Of a stretch of 64,000 nucleotides of DNA, positions 41,801 through 53,800 are shown piece after piece. The DNA is from a candidate division FCPU426 bacterium. Its GTDB lineage: Bacteria > Oederibacteriota > JAAXVQ01 > JAUVAV01. The position numbers and the translations under genes are program-made. How positions within the stretch are numbered: position 1 is the first letter of the stretch; each line of letters starts with the position of its first letter. The stretch spans positions 360,907-424,906 of the forward strand of contig JBFLYH010000003.1 in NCBI GenBank assembly GCA_040756875.1. The letters run 5' to 3'. The notes under the pieces are model-generated. The model saw only the letters and a program-made list of their open reading frames with translations, did not search any database and had not been told where the DNA came from.

Positions 41801-44800
41801 GTAATTGCGCTGCAAGCTATCGAAGATCTTGTCCCGGCGGGTGGGCAGCGCGCGGCCGTCGGGAGTCCAGTATTGGACATCATAAACCACCTGCGTGGCC
41901 CCGGGTTTCAGTTCACGCAACCGGGCCAGCAGTTCGCGGTTGTTCCGGTCCCGCAGGGCTTCTTCGGCGTGGCTCGCGCGGCTCTTTTTGGACAGCTCCA
42001 GAACGTCCTGGCTGGGAAGCCCCGGATTCAGCACGGAGTTCAGCAGGACCGACAGGTTGGAAAATTGCTGGAAGCCGTCCGGATAGCGTTGGTTTTTAGA
42101 ACCGTCCAGGACGACCACGTGCGGAGCTTCGGTCATCAAGCGGCGCAAAATTTGGGGCGTAATGTCGTCTTCCGGCGCCATGCGGGCGTCCGCATCTTCG
42201 CGGTAGAACAAACGGTCCGCAATATAGGGCGGGTTGGTGTGGCTCATGCCCGAACGCGCGCGGGTCCGGATGAATTCGACCTGTTTCCCTTTCTGGGCAG
42301 CATACTCTTGGATATGCTGCTTCAGCGGCTGGGTGACGAACATGCCGTACGCCACGTTTTCGCAGATCAGGACAGGAGCCGTGGCGGCGTCGATAATGCG
42401 TTCAAGGTAGCGGGCCACCTGCAGGCTTTCATACGCCAGAAAATACTGTTCCTGGGCCGATTCCTTGATTTGCTGCTCCAGGCGCGACAAGGCGTCCAGG
42501 CCGAGTTCATCCACCATGTCCGCCACTGCTTCGATGCCCCGGTCCCGGATGGCGGCCAACTGGCGGTTGCTGGCCAGCAGGCTGAGCAGGCGGGCGGCGT
42601 TCTGGCCGGTCCGCTGGATCATCCGGTTCATTTGGCCGATGAAAAGCTGCACTTCCGCAAAATCGGCAAATCCGCCCTTTCGCTGGTAGTTTTCGAGCAC
42701 CTGCACGAAATGCACAAAGTATTGGGGCCGGTCCGCGATCAGCTGCACGATGACCGCCGCGTCATAATCTTTCAACCCCTTCAGCGCCGCATGGAGGCTT
42801 TCAAATTTATTAGCGGTCTTCAAATGTTCCTGATGCCGGAGCAACGCTTCGGTCAACTGCGGAACCACGGCCGCCAATTCCGGATGGGCCCGGACCAGGG
42901 CCGCCACTTTATTCTCGACTTGTGTTTTCTTGTCGCCCGGCCCGACCACCATGCCGGCAGCGGCGAAAATCACCCCGCCTTCCGCCGGATGCTGGGCCAG
43001 GAGGGAGTAAATGCCTATGGCCGCCAGCAGTACGATCATGGGATTGCCGCGGATAAAATCAATTACACGTTTGGCCAGCCTGGCGAAGCCCGCCGGATTG
43101 ACGACCTTGGCCAGCTTTGACAGCGTGGTGCGGGTGGGCAATCCGGTTATAACGGCCCCCATGCCTAGAATCAGCAGAATGCCGGCAGCGACCAGCCCGC
43201 CGGTCAGCAGGGTTGCGGTTCCGGTGGCGATGATGGCCGTCGTACCCGCCACGACCGCCGAGGCGCCGGTGAGCACGCCGGCCAGCGGCGCGGTAATGAA
43301 TCCGCCCTGGCCGGGTTTGGCCTCCAGCTGGGTGGGAATGGGCATTCCCCGCTTTTCCATTTCGAGGCTCAAGGCATTGGCAAAATCCTGGTCCACTGTC
43401 TGTCCCTGGGCTTTTTGCTCCAGGATTTGCCGCCAAGCAGCCAGCAGCGCCCCTTGGATGGCCCTTTCGATCTCCGGATTATCCGCGGACAGATTGGGAT
43501 CGATGGAATGAACGGAAATCTGAAGCCCGGTTTCGCCAAAACCGAGCGAAACTTTCAACATGGACCCAAAAGCATCCACCCCGAACTTCAGAACCCGGTT
43601 TTCTTCGGCGTTGTCGCCGATTTGGCCGTACGCCGAGCGGACCGCGGGATGCAGGTTCTCGTGCACGAGATCATAAGCTAGCAATTCCGGATCATTGAGA
43701 TGCCCGGCTGGCACATAGGTCCGGCCATTTACCAGGAAAGCGCCGAGCTCCTGGCCCTCCAAAGTGACCGGTGCATGCAATTGCACTTCTCCCGGATTCA
43801 AAGCGGACAGCGTGCGGTCCAGGGAACGCCAGGTGTTGATCTCCCTGGGGTCAGCGGGTTCTTCCTGCCCCTGCAGCCTCGCCAGCTGCTTCTTCACCAA
43901 TGCTTGAGCCCGGACCTTCGCGGCCCGGAATTTATCGATGTCTGCGGAAGTCTTTTCCAGGATCAGCGCCACATGACTCCCGAGCGGCGAGGTCATGGTC
44001 ATGTGGGAGGAGACCGCCCGGTCGCCCGCCTCCACCGGTACTTCCAGTTGCTGTTGCCGGCCCTCCAGGGCCAGCGAATAGGAGCGCGTGGCCGGGGCTT
44101 TCTTAATAAGCTCCACTTGCTCGGTATCAACGCGTATATTCGGCTGCGCGCCTTGGGCCCAGGCGGAAACATTCGGGGTCGAAACCGCCATGAACCCGGC
44201 CGCGATCAGGGCAAACAGCATCAGGAAAAGCGAACGGGGCCTGAACCCGCGGGTGCGCGGCGCAGTTTCCGCCGCTTCCACTTCCTCCACCATACGGCGC
44301 TGGGCGCCCGGCTCGGCGAACATCCCCTGCAGGCGGGTGACCGCCAACCCCATCTGCGTAACCAGGGCCGGCTGCCGCAGCGTGGGCTGATAGGCCGTGA
44401 TCTTGCCCTGTTTGGCCATGCTGGCCACGCGCAGGTCCGAGAACAAGCGGCCCAGACCGCGCTTGGCCGCCTGCTTGGTCGGCATTTCGGAGAAGACTGC
44501 GGTCAGGACGACGTGGGCCTGGTTGCCTGATTGCGGGTCGTTGATCTCCTTTTCCAATTCCGACAGCACGCCGGGCAGCTTCCTATTCATCCGGCCCGGT
44601 TGGCGCAGCAGGTTCAGGCCGTTCAGGTCCAGAATCAGGTGGGGCAAGCCGATCATCTGGTCGCCGGCCGTATAACCGATGGCGTCGTTGACTAATTTGA
44701 AGCGGTTATAATTGACCCCGTCCCGCGTGGCGATGACGTAGGAGGCCATGGTTTCATCGAGCGTCCGTTCCAGGACCGGGTCGGCCAGGACTTCCTCAAG

Positions 44801-47800
44801 CGGACGCTGTTGTTGTTGCGACCATTCCTCGGCCATGCGTTGCCGCAGGATCCCGCGGGCTTGCTCGACAAAGGGGCCGTAATACTGCCCTTCCAATTCC
44901 AGCAGGTAGGTGGTTTCCGGGGTGATGACGGCAATGTGCACTTTGTCCGGCCCGCTGTCCGGCGGCGCCCGGCTGACGTGCACTTCGGGCTGGAAATCGC
45001 CGCGCCCGGCCAGCACGGCCAAGCGCTGCGCCACCAGTTCGCGGAACCCCTCGGTGGAAAAGTGTTTCGGATAAATGGCGTCGTGCTTGGGTTTGTCGCC
45101 GCTCCGGAGGATCATGTTGTCCTCGTAGAGCAGTTGTTGCCGCAGCAGCTGGCGGCCGTGCGCGTCGCCCAGCACCGGGGCCTCGGCTTTCTTCTCTTTG
45201 GCCTGAATCGGCTTCGTCAGGTCGTCCACCACCACCTGGTTTTTGCCCGCATCCTTGGCCACGTGCAGAAAATCGCCAGCCAATTGATATAAAGCTTCGC
45301 TCCAGGCTTGCACCTCCGACCGGCTCAGCTCTCCGGCCGCCTGTTTCTCGACGTAGGCGAAGTCCACGCGGGAGGCTTTGGTGGCGCCGATGGAAAGCGT
45401 GGGCGTGAGGAAGTATCCCTCCTGCAGGTACCCGTATCCCTTCTGGTCAATGGGCGGTTTGAAATCTTCGGCCTCCCGGGGCCAAGCCATTTTCGTCAAA
45501 TTAAGGTTTTCCAGGCGGGCGGTCTGCAACCCAGCTTGTTCGAGGCGTTTCTTGAAAATCTGTTCAAGCAAGCGGCCGTTGACCTGATCCGCCGGCACGG
45601 GCGCAAATCCCTGCAGTTCCCGCTGGAAACGGCCAGCCAGGTCGTTGCGTCCGACGCGCAGCAACAGCCGCACGCCGTACACTTCGTCGAAAGCCACCCG
45701 CGCCAATTTGGGATCGCCGTAATCCTCGTTGATTTTAGCCGCGATAGCCCGCAATTGCTGTTCTTCCTGGGGTTTCAGCCCCCGCAAATCATAGGCCATG
45801 AACTGGCGGTGCATGTTCAGCTGCACCCGGCTGCGGAACAGGCGCATGATCTCTTTGATTTCCTGGGGAGTGAAATTTTCGGGCATGAGATACAGGCCCT
45901 CGTCGCCTCCGTGCCGGATGGTCGTCACCCGGGTTTCAGCCAGCTTGGGCAACAGCTTAAAGACCTGACGGAAATGGAGCGTAAGCAGCGCGCCCAGCAG
46001 CTGCCGCCTCACTGCCTGCCGCTTCTTTTCCAGGATCAGCTTTACCGGCCTGGAATTCGCCGTCTCCTCAATGATGCCGAGCACGTCGTCCAGCAGGAAA
46101 TTCGTTATGGATTTGCCGTAAATGAGGTTGTAGCCGGACAGCCCGTCGATGTCCGAAAATCCCAGCCAGGCGTCGCCGGCTTGCTCCAACATCTGCCGCC
46201 GGGCGTTTTCACCCTGGATCCGGTTGAGCATACGGTTCCGCTCGCGCGCCATGGACCACAACCGGCCGATGGCCGAGCGAACCACCCTGGACTTGCGGAT
46301 AATGCTCTGCTGCGCGGTGCCGAGAACTTCGGCCAGGGTGAAATTGCCCGTGTCCAGCACCACAGCCTCCGGAATCGGGCGGAGGGGATCACGCGACCGG
46401 GTGCGGGCTGAGAGGTCCATGTTCTCGATTTCCTTCAACCCAGCGGCCAACTCCTCCTCGGTGCGCAACGGGCGCTTCAAGAGCCGTTCCGCGCGGTTCC
46501 GCAGATCGTTGTTCACCACGTAGAAGCGCATTTTGGCGTCCCGGTCGAACAGCTTGGTGCCCATGGTCTGCCCGACCGCCACTAGGTTTTCCCGTTTGGC
46601 CAGGGCGCGGAGATGGTCGTCCACCACTTTTTGGACCGCCGGAATCCGTCCCAGCCTGGAGGCCAGGGATTCGAGGCGCTGGAAATCCTCTCCGGCCGCG
46701 TTGACGGCGTTGGGCAGCACCTGGTCCGTCACTTCGCGCCGCCGCCCTGGAAAAGCGCCTTCGCGGAGGAAAACCCGCATGCGCTGTTCTCCCAAGGCGC
46801 GGTCGAAATAAACCGTGACATTCGCCTGCTGCAAACGGTCCATGACGATCTTGGTGAAGGTGGCGAAGGCTTGCTGCTCGGCGGGCGTTTCCGCGCGGAA
46901 AGCGTCCTCGGTCCAATTCCCCTTGTCGATCTCGTCCTTGACGATGAGCGCGAACGCCCGGTAATAAATAGCCGCATCCGCGTAGGTATAGCCAAAGTAG
47001 CGCGACAAGACCTCGCCGATTTCAGTTTTTCCCGTGGCATCCGGTCCGTCCACCGTGATGATAAATCGCGGTTTGAAGAAGGTCGCCACGCTCCACAGCA
47101 GGGGCACCAGGCCCGAGCCGGCGAGCGTCACGGCGGCCGCGGGTGCGACCAGCCCGGTGGCAATGGCCCCCACGGCCAACAGGGTGGCTAGAATGCCTAT
47201 CACCCCCACGATCGCGCTCAGCACGCGCGTGGGCCAGAATATTTCCCGGGCCAGGGACTGTAAGAACGGCTGTGTGCCGAGGCTGTAGGCGGACACGGCT
47301 TCCAGGTCCGCCACGTTGCGGTGGTCAAGGCCCAGCACTGACTCCAGCAATTCATGCAGCAGGGCTTGCGGCAGCTGGCGGTGGGCCATGACATTGACGA
47401 AGCCCACGGGCCCGGCCGGCGTTTCTTCCACCGTGAAAAAGGCCCCGATCTTGAGGGCCTCGGGAGAAACCGACGCCTTGGAAGTAATCTTGCGAATTTG
47501 CAGATCCGTGATGGCCCGGTCCTGGCCGTTGACCTTGACGGTCAAGCCCTGCCCGCTTTCCAGGGACTGGACCGCGGCCTGGGCTTGGTCGAGCGTGTTC
47601 TCGAAGACCGTGCCCCGCAGGCTGCGGCGCAGGCGATTGATTTCCTCGGACAGTACCTGGCGGGTATAGAGCCCGGCCCGGGTTTCGGCCTTGTGGCCGA
47701 AGGAGGCGAAAAAGGCGTTCAATTGCTCCTGATCCAGCAGATCGAACCCGCGCTGCACCAGCGTTCGCGCCAATTGCAGGGTGTTCGCGCCGGGAATTTG

Positions 47801-50800
47801 TTTGAAAAGACGGTCGCGGAGTTCCTTCTGCGAATTTAAAAACACCGCCAGCAGCGTCGACAGGGCTGATTGGGTTTCCTCGCCGTAGAATCCGCGCCGG
47901 TCCAGGGCCAGCGCGCGCACGCGCTGCTGCTCCTGCAGCAGAGACCGGGCCACCCGCGCCACCAGGAGGGCGTTTTCTTTCTGGCGTTGCTTCAACGCCG
48001 GTGTTCCGCCGGGTTCGCGGTCAACGGCGCTGATCACGTCCGCAGTGTTGGCCACCACGTTCCGCAGGTGCACCTCGTCGTAATGGGTCGTTTGGCTTAA
48101 CTTGGCCCTCAGGCTTTCAGGCGCCAGTTCCTGCTCCACCACAAACGCCAGGGCGTGGGCCTCGGCAATGCCCTGGCTGCGCAGAGCCGCCTCCACCGCT
48201 TCATGCAGGATCGTGGATTTTTTCAAATCCCCCTCGAGTTGCCGCTCCGCGATGACCTGGAGTTTTCCGCCAGCCTGGCGGTGCACGGCCAGGGCGCCGG
48301 AGATCCGCTCGGTGGTCCGGACCTCGAAGTTTTCGGGCGAAAGCCCGCGCAGGTAAGCTTCCACGGCCGCGGCATCCTCCGCCTTGGCCAGGAAGGGACG
48401 CACCGCGTTGGCCGCCGCTTCGGCGCGTGAACGGATGTACTCGGCATATTCCGCCGGAGATTCGGGCTGGAGGTCGGCGGCGCGCGTTTCCACGGCCTCG
48501 AAGCCTTCGATTTCCACGGGCGTGGCGATGTCCTTGCTGGCGCGGGCCTGCCCGTTTTTAAGATCGATCACGCCCACGATCTGGGAAGGATCGAAGCGGG
48601 TCATGCCTTCCAGGGCGTGGCCCGGGAACAGGGCGACCTGCGTGAATCCCAGGGCGGCCAGGGCCTGGCGCATTCCGCGGATGCCGGCCAGGAATTGGGC
48701 CTCCGCGCCCCGGAATCCCGGACGCTGATAGTGGGAGGAGCCGTTGTCCACGCACAATACGGTCTGGCCGTTGATCATCGCCACGCGCATGTAACCGGCA
48801 AATTGCGCCTGGGCGATGTTGTCGGCATTAGGGTTGGAATAGGTGGCGTGCGGCACCCCGCCCCGGGAAACGATCTGGCCGCTGGCCGCGGCATAGGTCA
48901 GGAAATCGCTCCAGCCCACGGTTCCCGTAGTGTCCCGGACCTGCTGCTTGAGGCTGTCCAAAGCTTTGACGTATTCCGGATTGCGGCGGGCGAAATCCTC
49001 GAAATTCAAGGTCTGCACCAGCAGGCGTTTTTGTTCGGTCAGGTTGCCTTGCAGGGCCAGCACATCCGGATCATCGCTGTAGCGGTTGACCAGCGTCGCC
49101 ATGAGCTGTTCCGCCTCATCCAACAACTCAATCAGACGGGTCCGCTGGTATTTCCCGCTTTGATACTGCTGGAGCGCCGTGTTGAACGCCTGGCGGACGC
49201 CGGCCATCAACTGCTTTTGTTCGTCTTCAACCACGCGGCCGGCCCTGCGCGGCCCGACCAAGGCCAGGGGGCGTGTCTGCGGCAGGGCGGCCACCGCTTG
49301 TTCGTGGGCCGCCTGGGCCAAGCGGGCGAGGGAGGCGGTTTGGCCGCCTTGGGCCTGCCGCAAGGCCGCCAGTTCATCGGCCACGATGTTCAATTCAGCC
49401 GCCAGGGCGGTCTGGGAAGCCAGGGAGCGGTCCGAGGCGACTTGTTCAAGCGGCACCTTCAGGCTGTCGGCCAGATTGCGCGCATACTGCATGCGATAAA
49501 GGGCGAGCGCCATCTGCTCCACTTCAGCCCAGTCGGCCGTATCGAAGAACCAGGCGATCTGGTCCAATGCCTGCTGCAGGTTTCCGCGGATCGCTTCACG
49601 CCGGGACTGGGCGGCGTTCGCCGCGTCCTGCAACTGTTTGAGCGCCGTCACATACCCTTGGGTTTTAGTGGCATTGCCGAGGAACCAGACGGCTTGTGAT
49701 GTGTACTGGGAAAATATTTGCTGAAAACGCGGGTCATTCGCGAGTTTGTCCGCCAGGAATGGAAGGGGATAATCCGCAGGCAGGAAGCGGCTAAGCTCTT
49801 CCTGCGACGGAGGCGCTTTGTTGCCAAACAGCCGTATGACCTGCTGCGATGCAGTCTGGCGCAACAGGTCCTGCCCTATCCGGCGCAGGCTGTTGCGCAC
49901 GGCATCCGCCTGATCGGCAAATCCCGTTTCCTGGAAATTGGAACGGAAGAAACGCCCGAAATCACGAAGCGCACCAATTGCAGCCTCGGGAGTCGGCACT
50001 TGGGTTTGCAGTTTGCGGTCGATCAATTTCGCCATGGTCCCGGGCTGCGAAGCCAGGGCTTTGTCCAGCGTGGCCTGCAGCAACTGCCGGGCTTGCGGCT
50101 GAAGGGCAACAGGCAGGTCTTTGAGCACGGCCGCTGCACGGGCGTCGAAGTTCAGCGCGAATTCGACGGCATAATTAGCCTCGGTGAACTTGGCCGCTTC
50201 GTCGGAGGCCACCCGTTCAACCATCAACGTCAAGGCCGGCGTCAAAGCCAGGCCCTCCTCGCCGTCGAAAGCCATCCTCACCAACTCGCGCACGCCGTCC
50301 GTGGTGCGAATCGGCGCGCGGGCGGTTTCATAGGCTGAAAATTCGGCCGGAACGACGTCTTGGGCGTAGGTCTTCAAGTCTTGGATATGCTTGGTCACGG
50401 CCGCATCCAGACTCAGGCCCTGCAGCGTCAGCTTGAAGGTTTCCAGCAGGTCGGCCCCTGAATAAAACCGGCTGTCCATGCCGGCCAGGGCCTGGGATAG
50501 TTGCGCCAGCAGTTTGACGCCGTCCTGGTGGGTTTTCTCCGTCGTCCGTCCGGGCACAAGGGATTCGAGTTGTCCGGCCGACAGTCCGCCGGTGTACGTC
50601 GCCAGGGTATCGATCGAAACCTCGGTCCAGCCCCGCGCGTTGAACCAGGTGCTCATGGTTTCACGTTCGCCGTCGGTTAAGGCAATTTCGCTCGCCGGCC
50701 CGACTGCGGCCAAGGGCAACTCCACCGTCTCCCCGAGAATGGCGCGCCGGTTGACATTGCCGATTTCCGCGGTGTAATCGGCAATGCCCAACTGGTAGCC

Positions 50801-53800
50801 GGCCAGGATTTTGGCGATCAGGCCGGCCCGGATTTCGCCGATGCGCGTCTGTTCCAAACCGGCGATGTGCCCGCTTTCGTGCGCCAGGCGGCGCAGCAGC
50901 TGCATCTTGCCGCGGTTGTTTTTCAGCTGGTCCAGGGCCTTGGCATTGAGAACCATGCGGTTGCCCTGCACCTCGGAAAACGCCTGGCCGTGTGCCAGTG
51001 CATCCATTTCACCCGATAGACGTACCTCGAACTCCTTGTCGCCGCTGGCCTTGAAGGCGGCCATGATTTCCGAGAGTTCGAACGCCGCATTCGGATACTG
51101 TTGCAGGCGCTGCTGGAGTTCAAACCGCTCCTGCTGCTGGGCCGGCGTGGGTGCGGCGATGCGGTTCAAGAAATTCAACCGCCGGTTCGAAGCCCGGCGC
51201 TCCTGATCCAGCGTCCGCTGCGCCGCTTGCACGCGTTTCACCAACTGCGAAGTTTGCAAAATGACGCGTCCGTCGGGCCGCATCTGGAATCCCAACAGTT
51301 TCAGGCCGTCGGTGACAATTTGGCGCTGCCCGTTGTCGGCCACCTGGCCCAGGGGCGTGGCGCGGTCCATGATTTGCTCCAGGGTCAGCGCTGAAGTCCC
51401 GGCCCCGGCCGGTCCCAGCAGGGCGTTGTCGGGTTTGCGGCTTATATTCAGGTTGATCACCGGAGCTTCGGCGACTTCCTCTTCCACCGGAGTCTCCGCG
51501 CTGCTGCCGGCCATGATTTCCTGGCTGGCGGCGGTCATGGGCAGTTCGGCGCCCTGCAGCAGATCGGCGTCCAATTGCTGGGCAAAATTCAGCAATCCCT
51601 GGCGGATGGAAGCGATTTGAAGCTGGGCCGGGCGGAAAAATACGATCGGATTGAAACTGAAATTGGGGATCTGGACTTTCAGGTTGTTCTGCTTGGCCAA
51701 CTGCCTCATGGCATCTCGCTGGCGGTCGCTGGTAAACTCCGGCAGCAGGCGTTCGGGGCTCAACACATCCTGTTCACCCAGCTCAAAACTACGGCGTCCC
51801 GCGCGGATGGCCTGGACCAACTGGGCCAAATGCGAACCCGCGCTTTTCAAATCCAGACTGTCCAGAGACGTTCCGGCCAAAACAGCCTCCGCCAGCTCCT
51901 CGGCCTCGTTGTAATCCCGCACCAGACGGTTCAGGTTGTCCGACGGCGTAACCTCGCCCAGCAGGGGTAGGCGGCCGTTCCGGAAGGCCATGCCTGCCAG
52001 CGCGAGGCGTTCGGCGCGGCCGGCAATGAAGGCTTGCAGGGTTTTGTCGTCTTTCGACAGATCCAGAACGTTTTGCAAATCCACTTCCAATTCCGTCCGG
52101 TTCACCTGGTTCTGCGCATAACCGTACTTATCCAGCGACCACAGCATGGCCCGCTCCACCAGGCGCTGCTCCGGCCTGAAATACCCGCTCATGCGGGCGG
52201 TGACAACGGACCAAAGAGTGGCCGCCGGCCTGAATAATCTTGCCAAGGCCGCAACAAGGGAGCGCGCCGCCGATACCGGCGTCAGTCCCCGCAATCCCTG
52301 GGGCGCGCCCCAGGCAATGGCCAGCGTCCCCAGTGCCCGGGTGATTGGGTTGGTGACTTCCGCCACCTGCGCCGCAAGCCGGCTCAGGGCGAAGGCACCG
52401 GCGCGTGCAGGTTCCTCAGTGCCGAGGATCTGCGCGCGCTTCTGGGCGAACTCGTCGGCGCCTACGAATTGGAACTGGAAGTTGTTGCCGTAGAGCACTT
52501 CCCCGGACAGCTCCGTGGTGTAGGCCGTGGTGGCGTTGGGTCTTACGACCACGTACCACCCGGCCTCCTGATCGAACTGGAAGACAAAAACATTAGCCGC
52601 GGGATTGGATTGCTCGGGCCTGAAAACCAGGCTGACCTTGGCGTCGTCCTCGGGATAGTTCCCGCGCGCCTCGCGGAACGCCTGTTGCAGGGCATCGCCG
52701 GCAAGCTTGTCTTCCAGCACCAATTTGCGCCCCAACTCGATCTCCCAAACCGTTTCGAGATAGCGTTTGAAGACGGGATTGTTGAAAAGGCTGCGGGGAG
52801 CGAAAATATTTTCATTGCGGGCCAGCAATTTCTCCAAGGGGGTGCGCTCATTGCGCAGCAGCGAAAAATAGGGGTTGGCGACGTCCGTACGCGTCAGGCG
52901 AGGTTTAACGGTCAGGAACGAGACTCCCTGGGTCCGCAGGACGTTTTCGACATGCGAGGCGTGAAAACCGCCCGTGATCAGCACGGCCAAGGACGTCTGG
53001 TTCTTGCGCATGGCCTGCATCAGGTTTTCCACAAAAGCCTGCGAACGCTGATCAGCCACGCGGTAGAAATCCGCGGACAGGTCGAGGTATTCAACCAGCT
53101 TGAGTACACCCGGGTCCAGATCCGGCTGCAGGGCGTACCGGTAACTGACGTTTTCCAGAAAATGCAGCATGGACTCCAGCGTGAAATCCTCGCGGTGGCC
53201 TCGGAAGTAGCGCAAATCCTCTTCGGTCGCGCTGATGTTGATGAGGTTCTCCATTATTTTCAGGACGTACAGCTGATGGTCCAACTGGCGTTGCTCGTCG
53301 CTGGTGTACAAGCGCTGCCGGACAGCCCGGTCCAAAGCCTCGGCTTCATGCAGCAGACGTTCGTAGTCGACCACCGCGTTCACGGGCAGCCGGTGCTCCA
53401 AGGCGTACAGGCGGATGACTTTGTACGGTTCCAGTTCCACTCCCAGCCGGTTGGCTTCAGCCAGCAGGAAATCGCAATACTTTTCGAGCGTCTGGTTTTC
53501 CTGGTCGAAATTCTCTCGTTCATGGTCCATTTTGGCCAAATCCGTGCTGTAAATCGGGCGTTTGAGTTGTTCGAGGGCAAAACGCAAATCCTGGCAGTAG
53601 CCCTGGCTTTCCTCGTTCAGGAATTTCATCAGGGTGTTCTGGTTATGATCATAGAGCGCCTGGGATTCAATGCCCTGCAATACCAATGGTTCCGCACCCG
53701 TGGCAGCCTGGTATTCCGCTCCGGTTATGCGTCCCCGCTGGAGGAAGTACTGTCCGACTTTGTCCTTGACCGGCGATAAGGGGATACGGGCAAGTTTGTC

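Noticed and set aside
41600-42500. Possible phosphoribosyltransferase-like domain (VLICENVAYG...HVVVLDGS) in the giant protein
   Set aside because: Only a vague strand pattern, lacking the canonical PRPP-binding loop, so it is left unassigned.
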